Shown: piece after piece, positions 1 through 11,200 of the stretch
How the letters are laid out: the number at the start of each line of letters is the position of its first letter
Numbering within the stretch: the stretch's first letter is position 1
Assembly (NCBI GenBank): GCA_965644315.1
Contig: CBFFRQ010000054.1
Span: 124,001-188,000, forward strand
DNA: 64,000 nucleotides
Reading direction: 5' to 3'
DNA from: Caecitellus pseudoparvulus
Lineage: Eukaryota; Protista; Bigyra: Bicosoecida
Made by a program: the position numbers and the translations under genes
Notes under the pieces: generated by a model
Seen by the model: the letters and a program-made list of their open reading frames with translations, nothing else
Database searches by the model: none
Told to the model about the DNA's origin: nothing

Positions 1-774
1 CGGGCTGACGTCCTCGAACTGCACGATGGTGGTGAAATTGGGCACGGTCTCGGGGAAGTCAGACTTGATCTTCACCAGCTTGGGCGTCTCCAGGGACGAC
101 GCGAACACCGTCTTCAGCTCGCACTGGCCGATGATGAAGCTGGCTGAGTCGGCGCCCAGCGTGTCGTACAGCGGCACGAGGGCCATGTTGTACTGGTTGC
201 AGGCGTGCTCCACGATGCTCCACTCGTAGCGGTTCTTGGAGTACACACCCACCATGTTCAGCTGCAGGGGGGGCAGGGGCGGACCAAGCGCGCCAGTGTA
301 GCAGGGTGCGTGTGCAATGGCGGGCTGCAGCCAGTGCACTCACGCTCAGGCCGTCGCTTTCCACGGTGGGAGCCAAGTCCAGGTGCTTGATGCCGGAAGC
401 CAGGGAAGTGAACTCCACACGAGCCTCCTCGTAGGTGATCCACTGGAAGTCGTCAGCGGAGCCATCCTCCTTGATGGGCCGCCAGCCCTGCGCAGGCAAG
501 CAGACATGTGTCGCGTTTCACTGTTGCCACCCCGCCGAGTGCAACGCGCTTCAGAGCGCAGCGCGGCACGCACGAAGACGGGAGCAGACTTGGACAGGGA
601 GTGACCGCGGTTGAAGACGTCCGCCAGCGTGTTCACCCCCTCGAACCGTGTCGCAACGAGGGCGCTCTGGTACAGGCTGCTGCGGCGCACCTCGCCGAGG
701 CCCTTCTCCACGTCAGCTGGAGCCACCTCAACAGCAGACACCTGCTGCACGATTTTGCTGCCACCTGCACCCAT
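1..774 (-). CDS. Long-chain acyl-CoA synthetase, 5' part (runs off the left edge); introns 488-573 and 262-343
   Basis: Spliced product reads MGAGGSK...SAPVF|GWRP...QWITYEE...|LNMVGVYSKNRYEWSIVEHACNQYNMALVPLYDTLG, which is the ACSL/LACS N-terminal signature. GTGCGT/GTGAGT donors and CAG acceptors keep the frame. Confidence 0.92.
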
Positions 775-1127
775 GGTGTAGATGCACTAGATTCTCAGGA
801 CTGCGGGCGGCAGCGCACGCGCTCCGTGAAGTGGCGGCGGCAACGCAGGCTGGCTGGTCCGAAGCCATGTGCAGTGCACTTGCTGTACTCACAGAAAGCG
901 GGCTCAGACACAGCGCAGAGCCAGGCAGTGGGGGAGGGTGTGTGGGAAAGTGATGCAACGCTCAAGTAAGGGCGCTTGCCTGCATTCAAGATTGAGTGCG
1001 GTGATTTGGGAGCCCGCCAGTCCTTCTCCACCACCCGCAACGCGAGCCACACAAACCAGTCAAGGGGGGGGGGTCGTCGCCGCCATGCACCCTCCCCCCG
1101 GTCCCAGCCTCGGTAGCTGGTGAAGAG

Positions 1128-2370
1128 TCACAGCACGACCTCCACGTCCACTACACGCTTGGCTTCCTCGGCATCCCCCACCAGCGCCGTGACGCCAGCG
1201 TGTGACGGCAGCAGCACAGCACACCGGTCACCGTGGCTTCGGTACCGCGGGTGTGGGACTGCGGCGGGGATAACGGCGGCCTTGGACGCGGCAGCACCAC
1301 CAGCCCCAGCACGACCTTTGAGGAGACCCCCGATCTCAAGTCGTTCACACACCCCGTGGACGCCGCCCCCCCTCTCCACATCCCACAGCACCAAGTTCCC
1401 CCCCTCATCCCCGCTGACCACCCCCGCGTCGCCTGCCACCACTGCACCACGGATGGGGTACTGCGTCGCCGTGTGTCCCCTGTACACCCCTAGCTGCTGC
1501 CCGGATGACAGGTCCACGAAACGCACGGCGCCAGGGTGGGCCGCCGTGACTGGCACTTCGCCGGGGGGCTTCCCGTCATCTTGCCAGACTGGAGCCTTGT
1601 GTTTGGGCGCTGTGTGGCCCTGTGTCCACACGAAGAGGCTGTCGCCATCACTGCCCACTTGCACATGCGTCACGGGGTCCCCAACTGCAACTTCAACGAC
1701 GGACCCCGCCCGGATGTCGAACAGCCTCACCGTCTCATCCACACTGCCTGCCGCGACACGGTCCCCGCCCCCCGCCACCTCCACGCACGTGACGGCGTCT
1801 CGAAAGGTCTCTTCCATGCAGGGCCGCCAATCGCGTGATCGCATATCCCACGCCCGCAGCGCCTTGTCTTGTGCCGCAGACCAGAGCATTTGCCCAGTGG
1901 GCGCCCAGGCCGCGGCGTGGACGGCGCCAGAGTGGCCCTTGATACTGCGTAATACGCTCCCAGTGCTGACGTCCCACACCGTCACCGCCCGGTTCGTCCC
2001 ACCCCCCGCCACGGCGCCGCTGTCTGGCCGCACCGCAATGCAGTTCACGACGCACTGGCTGTCCACAGGAAAAGCTGTCACGCGGTAGGCGCCAGCACCC
2101 ACCACACGCTTGTAGGCGTTCCACAGCACCACTTGCCGGTCTGATCCAGCCGTCAAGGCGTATTGCCCGCTCGCTGGGGTGAAGGACGGGAGATGGAGCG
2201 AGTGACGGCAGGCCAGTGTGAGCAAGAGCTGCGGCACGCCGAAACGCACCATTGAAAGCAGCACACGAGACGGCGCCCTTGTGGGGCCCCAGCACGTTCA
2301 ACACGCGGTCAGGTACAGTAAAGGCGGAGAGTGGCGCTGCCCCCTGCCCCGCAGCGGCAGCAGCTGCCAT
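1128..2370 (-). CDS. WDR83: WD40-repeat protein, WDR83/MORG1-like; intron 2174-2249
   Basis: HKGAVSCAAFN|ASGQYALTAGSDRQVVLWN, GHSGAVHAAAW, WDMRSRDWRP, DAVTCV, GSVDETVRLFDIRAG and YRGH match the WDR83 repeat pattern. Confidence 0.8.
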
Positions 2371-2630
2371 GACGTTTCACCGTCGTTTCGCCAAACCCTT
2401 CTGTGCCACACTGCAGTGCCCGTGCGCGGGCGATGATCAGACAAACTTTGGGAGCACCCGCACACGTCGTGCAAATTCTGATCCTGCAATTGTTCCAGAG
2501 GGCGCCCTTTCCCAGTCAGGTGGCCAGGCACCGTGTCGCCTGCCTGTGAAATTTACTCGCTGCCTGGACAAACCAGCACCCATCTCGGAAGGTGCAGCAC
2601 CACCCTGCCCCGCCAACCCCGCCACGCGCA

Positions 2631-3926
2631 ATGGCCTCTCGCAAGCGAAGGAGGGCTGGAGGATTGGATGAGGGAGTGGACGTGCCAGCTGAGCAGCGCA
2701 AGCGGTGCGTGGTGACCGGCGCGTGCAGGGGACGAGCCTGCAGCACTTCAAACTCCGCACTGCGCAGTCCGGCCAACGCCCCGCCCGCCCTCGTGACCTT
2801 TGCCGCCAAGGACAAGGCCAGCAATGTGACGCTGTCCAAGGACAGCACGACTGTGTCCTGCACGAAGGTGAGACTTCCTGTGCTCACGCCAAGCGGCCCT
2901 CACAACGCACCACCCAGGCCACCTTCGTGCACAGGGCTTTCGCAGTGTCCGCAGCACACTGGGCGTGTGTGGAGGGTGCTGGTACGCTGAGATGGTTGTC
3001 CCAGACCGTGCCAAGGCTGGCAGTCACCTGCGCCTGGGCTGGGCTGCCGACAAGGCCGACCCGCAGTGTCCCCCCGGTACGGATGGATGGGGGTATGCTT
3101 TCCGGGACATTTCCGGGAGCAAGGTGCACCAAGGCGTACGGCACTGGTTCGGCCGGGCGTATGGTGCAGGGGACGTCATCGGGCTGCTCATCCACTTTCC
3201 GGCGGTGTGTTGGGAGGCCCCCCCTACACCCCCCTCGGCACCCCCCCCCAAGCCGGCGCCGGCATCCCCCCCGACTCCATCCCCCTGGAGTGGGTGCGCC
3301 ACCTGCAGCAGGGTGGGGGCGGCAGCGGCCTGCCAGACGGCACGCCCATCACAGTGAATCCCGCCCCCCTGCCCCCGCTGCCCAGCACCCCCCCTCCTGC
3401 CCCTGCCGGAGGGGGGGTCGGCGGGGACGCTGCTGCCCCCCCCACACCCCCCTCGTGGACCTCCCTGGACCCCCCCGTCCACTCCTACATCCGTTTCTAC
3501 GTTAATGGCGAGGACCAAGGCATCGCCTTTGTGAACCTCACAGGCAGCGTGGGTGGGCCCACCACCCCCGGCGCTGCCGCAGCCGTCGCGGATGTCGCAG
3601 CAGCTGTGTCCTACCACGCTGTGGCGGGCGTCATGGGCAGCGCAGCCGTGAGGTTGAACCCTGGGCCCGATTTCGCCTTCCCGCCGCCGCTGGAGGCCCC
3701 CCTGCGCCCGGCCGGGAGGGGGGGGGGTGACACCGCTCCCGGCCCCGCCTTCCCACAGCCATGGATGCCGCTGAACGTCGCGCACGATGTGTGGTCGCGC
3801 AGGCAGGTCAGCGCCACCGGCACCGGCGCCGCCCCCATCGACATGGCAGTGCACGTGAAAGGCCTGGCGGCGGCGGCGGCTGCGGCGGCGGCGCCATCGC
3901 CAAGCCCGCCTGAGGCGGATGCATGA
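2631..3926 (+). CDS. SPRY-domain protein of the ASH2L/TRAUCO (COMPASS) type; intron 2868-2934 and probable intron 3205-3308
   Basis: GFRSVRSTLGV..GCWYAE, HLRLGWA, GTDGWGYAFRDISGSKVH, YGAGDVIGLLIHF, then SYIRFYVNGEDQGIAF and VRLNPGPDFAFPP in a second frame. A phase-0 GT..CAG intron, or a homopolymer indel, joins the two frames. Confidence 0.78.
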
Positions 3927-4061
3927 GAGGCACTGCAGCGTCAGACTGCCACCAGGGTGAATGCAACCCATCCAGCCAATTGCATTGCAAGGTGTGTGGC
4001 CCACGCCAACCAACACTGCACTGCCCGCCCGAAGCCAACAGACAGCCCCTCGTGCATGCGC

Positions 4062-4472
4062 TTATGCGCGGGGGGGGCCGTCACGTCGGTAGCCGCCCTC
4101 ACGGGGGCCCTTGTCGAAGCCACCGCGGCCACGGCCCATGCCGCCGGGGCGGCCGCCCATGCCTGCACCGCCCAGAGCGGGTGCCTGAGGCTTCAGCAGG
4201 GTGTCGGGGGCGATCTCCGCAGGCAGGTGCAGGTACTTGCGCAGGAAGTCAATGCCCTCGTCGGTGAGGAAGTAGTAGTTCCAGCGCCAGCTGAATGTGT
4301 GGCGGACGTAGCCGCGGGAGGTGAGGCTCTGCATCTCCTTCATCACGTGCAGGTTGGGCACGGCGGTGATCTGGTCGTGGCTGGCCTTGTGCACGTCCTT
4401 CTTGACGGCCAGGGCGCCATCCTTGAACAGGGTGGTGTAGATGGCAATGCGGTGGGCCTTGGGCATCAGCAT
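4062..4472 (-). CDS. RPS10: 40S ribosomal protein S10 (eS10)
   Basis: [71 protein letters not shown]. The true start is the ATG at 4472, not the upstream ORF-track start. Confidence 0.97.
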   Translation of the reverse strand: MLMPKAHRIAIYTTLFKDGALAVKKDVHKASHDQITAVPNLHVMKEMQSLTSRGYVRHTFSWRWNYYFLTDEGIDFLRKYLHLPAEIAPDTLLKPQAPALGGAGMGGRPGGMGRGRGGFDKGPREGGYRRDGPPRA

Positions 4473-5552
4473 GGTTGACGCGGGTGGTGGTATGGGGGTG
4501 AATCCACAACACGGGGGCAGCTGCGCAGGCAGGAGCAGAGGGTGTGGGCCAGTGAAAAAGGCAGCGCGGAAAGCCTCTGCCGTGGGACGAGCACGTGGGC
4601 GGAAACGATAGACGCAGGAGGGGGGCAACATGCAAGGTGTGAAGACTGGAGGGAAGCAGCGCGGTGCCGGGGAGCTGAGCAGTGCAAAGAGCAGCTCAGG
4701 CGAGGGTGCCCTGCGGAAATCGACCAGCGCCTGCACCACTCCGCTTCGCTGCTCCTTGCACACCGCCCAGGCAACACTGCACAGCAGACACCCCCCTCGC
4801 GCATGGGTATCACACGGAGAAGCTGCCCCATGTGCCTGTCAGCCTCCCGCTTCCTCCTGGTCACCTCTCAAGAGACGCCCACGCTGCCTCTCGCTCCCAG
4901 CAAACAACGAAACCCACGCTGCATGCACGTACCTAAGGACTGCTAGAAAATGGAAGCGGCACAAACACGTGCGACGCTGGATGCATGTAAGGCTGAGAAT
5001 GTCTGGAAAGTGCTGCGGGCGTGGGGAGCTGCTGCGCCTGAAAGAAATCTTCCGCGCTCCATATACACGTTCCGCGAATGATGCATTTTTCAGATGTCTA
5101 GGTCTGTCGACTGAATCAGCGCAGTCCCCCCTCGACAGCAGCCGATCCCTCACAAACCCACCCATTCACAGCAGCGAGGTGATTCTCTGCATCAACTTAT
5201 TTCCCGTCGCCTCCCTAATCATGCACCGCCGGATGCCGTTGGGAAGTGGATGCGAGTAACGTGTGAGGTGTGTGCAATTTCCGCTCGGGCGCCGGCGTTT
5301 GAAGCCTGCCCAGTCCGCCTGCGATGACGATACGATCTGGCATTCCTGCTGCATGGTGCACGGCTCCCTTGCTGCGCTTTTCATGTCTGTGTCTGTGTCC
5401 GTGTGCCCTTCGTTGTGCCTGCACTGCAAGTGGGGCGTGCGCCGCGATCCGTGACGACACACTTGGTAATCGAGAGCAGGGTGGGCTGCGGCTGGCGCAG
5501 TGCCGCCCACACTGCCCCCTGCACACCCGCCGCACCACCTCCGCTCCACCCC

Positions 5553-7323
5553 TCAGGTAGACCAGAAGGGCTCCACTTGCTCGGGGTCAGACAGGTCCAG
5601 GCCCCCAAGGACGCCCTCATCCCCCTGCATACCCCCCCCCTCCTCCTCCTCCCCCTCAACGTGGATGGCGGCGTCGAAGGCGTCAAGTTCCGGGCCCTCC
5701 TGCCCTGCCCCTCGCGGCCGCGCCAGCAGCATGGCGTGGTGGAACCCCAATGCAATGTCCTTCACCGCCACGCCAGCCGCCGCCACGGGCGCCACCACCT
5801 CCGGCACCCCCCGCCACCCCCACCTCCACACTGCGCCGCTGTCCAGCACGGCGTACGTGTGGTGCAGGCCGGCCCGCAGGGAGACGACGGTGGACCCCCC
5901 CTCCAGCCGGCCAGTGGACCCCCCCCCTCCCCACGGCATGTCTGGCATGCGTACGGGATGCACCACCACATCCGTCTCAGGGACGAAGCGGGGGTCTGAC
6001 GTCAGTGCCACGTCATGCACGCCAAGTGTGGAGGCGGAGGTGGGTGTGAGGGCCCCCTGGCTACCCCCCCCCTCCACCCGGCGTGAAGCCCCCTCCAGCA
6101 CCTCGGGGCTACGGGTGTTGTCGAAGAGCAGACCACGCCCCCGCAGACCCAGCATCCACACAGATCCATCCTCCCCCAGAATGGCCGTGTGAGCCTGTCC
6201 GCATGCCGCCGTCACCGCCCGCACCGGCAGGTGCAGCTGCACTGGACTCCACGCATCCCGCTCGAAGCGCTCCTGCCGCCCCGGCACGACGACGGGGGAC
6301 CGGTGCCGCCCCCACACGTACACCGCCCCATCCACCGTCACGCCCACGCCGTGGGAGAACCCCGCGTCCACGTGAGCAAAGGGTGTGTGCGCCAGCAGCC
6401 CCCCCTCGCCGTCCAGCGGGACAGGGGCCTTGTAGGTGTTGTTGTCGCCCAGACCCAGCTGGCCACGCCCCCCCTTGCCCCATGCCCACAGGCGGCCATC
6501 TGCCGTGCGCGCCAGGGTGAACTGGAAGCCACAGGCCACCTGCACGACAGGCTGGTCCAGCCCCACTGCGCGTACAGGCGCATACTCGGATTGACTCGTT
6601 GCGCCTGTGCCGCACTGGCCGTGTGTGTTGGAGCCAAAGCTCCACACGGCACCTTCATCATCCAGCACTGCCGTCAGCGCGCCAGGGGAGCAGGACACGG
6701 ATGTGAACACCGTCTCTGGCGTTGGCGGCGGGATGTGCTGCGGCTCAAAATCCGCACCCAGCACCGAACCCGCCACTGCCTGCCACGAACGCAGCATGAT
6801 GCCCGTCTGCTGGTGGGAGCGAATCCACCTCACGACGTTGCGAAAGTCATGGGGCCGTCCCCACGTGTACAAGTTGCCCTGTGTGTCCACTGCGCCGCCG
6901 TGGCCCCATCCTGCAGACACGCTGACCATGGGCACCCCCTCCAGGCGCCGCACTGGGCTGGCCACAAGGGTGGCCGACCACCCTGCCTTGCCTTGTGCGC
7001 CAAGCCACCCTGCTCCGTACTCGTACACTGCGTGGGAGGGGGGGCGGCAGGCGTGCCGTGGCCTGTGCATAGCTGCTTGCCCAGGCTGCACACGCACACC
7101 CTGCGCCGGAGTGGCCCTGCCCCAGCGCCTCGGGCAAGAGGGCCAGGTCAACGTCGTCGAATGACAATCCGCCATCGGTGTGTCCCAGTGTCCCTGGACC
7201 TCCCTGGCGTGCGACAGTGGAGCAGGCAGCCGCGGTGTGTCGCGCGGAAATTGGAGCCACCTTCGCCCACCGCAGCAACACTTGCTGCAGCCGCGAAGGC
7301 CGCGCAGCGGCGATGGCAGCCAT
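5553..7323 (-). CDS. RCC1-repeat beta-propeller protein, possibly mitochondrial; intron 7028-7097
   Basis: Multiple RCC1 repeats (VSAGWGHG, VWSFGSNTHGQCG, VACGFQFT, WAWGKGGRGQLGLG, AACGQAHT). The Arg/Ala-rich N-terminus MAAIAAARPSRLQQVLLRW resembles a presequence, and the C-terminus is acidic. Confidence 0.85.
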
Positions 7324-7652
7324 GCCTGGAGTGGGTTCTATGAGGTTTCTATCTGGAAGGGTATCGTAAATGCAACTTTGTCGTGTTTTGTGGTCGGAAA
7401 GTGTCGGACAGTGTGTTGCAACGGAAGAGGGCAAGCAGAGAACGGCAGGCATGGCGCATGCCTTGGCATCATGAGCGCCTGGTACCAAATCCACACCCTA
7501 CAACAACCCGTCCCATACATGTTTCTTCACGGAACACCCGCAGCCCCTGCTCGACACCCGCCAAAGCCGCACTTCGGCACGCCAACTGCCGTCTGGCGCA
7601 GCGGTTCAATTACCGCACCTCCCCTGGGGACCGCACGCAACAAGCAGGCACG

Positions 7653-8171
7653 ATGATCACGACGCTGGGGGCACTGACCTTCATGATTGCCTTTATCATG
7701 CTGGCTGCAGGGGGCATGAAGGCCAGCGGCAACCGCGAACAACGTGAGGCGCACCTTGCCCTTCTCCCCCCGCCATCGCCACACCCCCCTCTTCCCCCCG
7801 CAGTCATGCTGTTCGTGGCGGAGTTCGCGTACCCCATCTGGTTCATCAAGGTCACTGCTGGCGTGGAGATCCTGGCAGCAGTCGTGTTGCTGTACCACCT
7901 GCAGGCTGGCTCCCTGCTCCTGGCAGGGCTCGTCGGCGGCGCTGTGTACTCGCACATCGTGCGGCAACAGGCGCCCGCCGCGGCGCTGCTGCCGGGCTGC
8001 ATCGGGGCGCTCTTGTTGTGGCTGAACATCGCCTCGGGCACGCCAGTCTGGGAGCTGGCTGTCATGGCGGTCTCTGCAGCGGGGGGTGTCGGCGTGTGCA
8101 TGAGCTTGGGCGCCCTGCCCGGCGCACGGGCACCCTTGGCGTGGAAGGGCCCCCGCGGCAAAACACACTGA
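7653..8171 (+). CDS. Small polytopic membrane protein, DoxX-like; in-frame intron 7744-7803
   Basis: AAGGMK...F..F.YPIWF..VTAGVEILAAVVLL...GGAVYSHI fits the DoxX_2 pattern, with about five hydrophobic helices. The 60-nt GTGAGG..CAG intron removes a Pro-rich insert. Confidence 0.65.
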   Translation: MITTLGALTFMIAFIMLAAGGMKASGNREQREAHLALLPPPSPHPPLPPAVMLFVAEFAYPIWFIKVTAGVEILAAVVLLYHLQAGSLLLAGLVGGAVYSHIVRQQAPAAALLPGCIGALLLWLNIASGTPVWELAVMAVSAAGGVGVCMSLGALPGARAPLAWKGPRGKTH

Positions 8172-8202
8172 CCACGCCAAATTAATGCATACATTGTAAC
8201 CT

Positions 8203-11200
8203 TCATGCTCTGCCCTGTGGGTGGCTCTCGCGCCAACTGGCCAGGGCGGCTGCCGCTGTCGCCTGAGCCACGGCCCGGTCAAGGCGTTTCGCGATGGCGC
8301 CGCCAGGCTCGTCTCCAGCCGCACGTGCGGCGTTAGAGTACACCCTCGCGGCCAAGTCGTGGCGATTGGCGCCAGAAAATGCATCCCCCAGACACACCAG
8401 GGCTGGTGTGTGGTGCGGGTTGTACGCCAGCGCAGCGTAGGCGGCGGCGGCTGCCCCTGCTGCGTTTCGTTGGCGCAGCCCACACACCGCTCGGCAATGG
8501 TGCACCTCCACCAGCAGCTTGCGGGCCTCCACCGTAGCCGAGGCGACATGGGCATTGCTGGGCCGATCAGGGTGCGTGTGGGGCACAGGCAGCAGCCCTG
8601 CCCAGGCGCCAGATGGTGACGGCGCCAGGCGGTCAGAAACGGCCAAGGAACTGGCGCTGCCGCCAGAGCTCAGCGGGCCCTGCTCCGTCGCCCCGCGCAC
8701 GGAAAAGGCGGCGCTGTGTTCCAAAGCAGCTGCAGCCGCGTTGAACTCGGCCAAGGCACTTGCGGGAGATGTCCCGGCAGTGAGCAGCTGCAGCCCCCCC
8801 TCGTGCAGACAGGCTGCCTGCAGCACGCTCACACGTGCTGCGTCACCAGCGCTCAGCTTGACCAGCTGCCCGCTCACCTCACCCTGCGCCGCTGCATCTT
8901 CCCCATCCCCCTCCAGCACCAGGCCCGTGAACATGCCGCCTTGCGGCGCTCCCTCCCCCGGCAGGTCACTGGAAGCGGCCAGCACATCCCGCGCACAGTC
9001 CGCGGCGGCGCGAAACGCCAGCGCGATCTCACTGGGCACGCCGCCACCCGCCCTTGCAGCCAGCGCCGCCATCTGCATCAACTGCACCTTTTGCAGGGGC
9101 AGGGCACAGGCGGCAGCGCCGGCGCTGAAGCTATCCCGCGCTGCCGCGTGCTTCTTGCGCTGGTGAAATACCTGCCCACTAACGGCGTGCGCCTGCCACA
9201 TCGCAGCTGGTGTCAGGCCGATGGCGCGCTGGGCGTGGTCCAGCGCCGCCGACACGACGTCTGCCATGCTGGGGTAGGGCCCTGTGCGCCTGCCTTGGTA
9301 CAGGGCGAAGCACGCCGCCGCCAGGGCCGTGTGCCCGACGTGGTCCGTGGGCCACGCAGCCACGTACCGCGCCAGGTGCTTGTGCCCCTCCCCTGCCGCA
9401 CCCTGGCCACACAGGCACAGGCCGTACAGCAGTGTGTGCCGCGTGGGTGCGCCGGTCGTGGAGCCGCCCGTCCCTTTCCGCAGCAGTGCCGCAGCGCCCG
9501 CGAAGTCCCCATCACGGTACAGCGCCAGGGCGGAAGTGTACGCGGCCGCCATGGTGCTGTTCCGCCGCAGCGCCGCCTGCACAGCCCCCTGCGCCGTGTC
9601 CACAATGCGGTTCTCCCCGTCCAGCGCCCCCGCCTCCTCGAACTGACGCATGGCCTCCTGCAGCGCCCCCGTGGAAGCGTGTGCGCAGCCGAGGCAGGTG
9701 CGGATGTGCACCTGCAGTGTGCGCACGTGTGCGACAAACGTCGGCGTCAGACCCCCCTGCGCAGTGCCTGCAGACAGGACAGACGTGGGGGCGGCTGTGC
9801 GGGCCTCCTCTGGCTCTTCGGGGCGCAGCGTCACCGAGTCCACCGTACCGTCGCGCCCAGCGCTGGACCCCTCCACATCCTCGCTGGCAGGTCGGGGCGC
9901 CCCCGTGTCCACACGCAGACGCAGCTGCCTGCCAGCGGCACGGTCCGTGACCGACACCGTCTGGATGCCGTCACTCGCCTTGCCTTCACCTTCGCTGGCG
10001 GCAGCTGCGGCCGCCTTGGCAGCGGCACGTCGCTCGCGCCGACGCCGCGTCGCAGCGGACACCTGCTCTGATCGCTTCGAAGATGCAGAGGGGGCTGGCC
10101 CCTCCCTGGCTGACAGCTGTGGAGGCGCAGCGGCTTGTGCGGCGTCCACCAAGTGCGCTGTGGCAGAGTGCAGGGCCCGCACCGCCTTCAGAGCCTTGCG
10201 GTACTCCTCGATGGCGTTGAGCGCGTCGCGCTGCGACTTGTCGCGAGCTGCCGCTCCGCCGCCCCCCTCCGGGTCAGCCCCCACTTCATCTCGCTGCCAC
10301 ATGCTCACGACACCCCCCCCATCACCCCCCACGGCCCCTGCCTGGTGCAGGGCGGTGCTGATGCCGGGCATGGCACGCGGGTTCCACTGCCGCACATGGC
10401 GCAGGTGCAGGAGCAGGGCCAGGGAAAAATGCACATACACAGCGTCCAGCAAGGCGTCCAACTTGGTCACTGCGTGTGCTTCTCCTCTGACAGCACCACT
10501 GCCGCGCGCCGCACCCTCGGGACGGTCCAGAGCGGCAATACTGACACCCGCACGGGCCAGCACGCCTTTGGCTTCCGTAAGCGCCCGCACGACGGTTTCC
10601 ACGCCGCCACCACTGTCAGCACTGGCATGGTACAGGGTGAGGGCGTGTGCGGTGGCCATGCGCCCACTGCCCGTGTGGCTCCGCAGCATATCCGCCGTCA
10701 CCACCACTGCAGCACCGGGCTTGTGGCAGCGCAGCTGGGCCGCAGCAAGGGCCGCTGCCGCACGACACAGCGCCTCGCCGCTGAGCTTGGCACCCGGCGG
10801 AGGGGGTGCGGCAGGGCCTGAGCCCGGCACACTGGCCTTGGCGGCTTCGTGGCTCACAGCTGCGCCCTCGAGAATGCCAGCCAACTGCTTGTCCGCAGCG
10901 GCGGCCTGCCCCACCCCCTCCAGGGCCAAGGCCATGCAGTACCGCAGACGAGCAGCCATGGCGGTCCAGGTCTTGGGCCCCGTAATACGCACACTGGAGG
11001 ACCCCAGCGCCGCCTCGGCATTGGCGTGGGCCGCCTCTCTACCCTTGCTCACAGCGTCCAGGCCGCGCACAAGATGCCGCAGGGCGCGGTCCGGTCGCGC
11101 CAGCAGGTGACTCGCCACGCCGATGCCGTACTCAGCACAGGCGCGGTACAGGTACCGCACGACGCCCAGGCTCCACCAGCAGGGCACGGCCATGGTGGCG

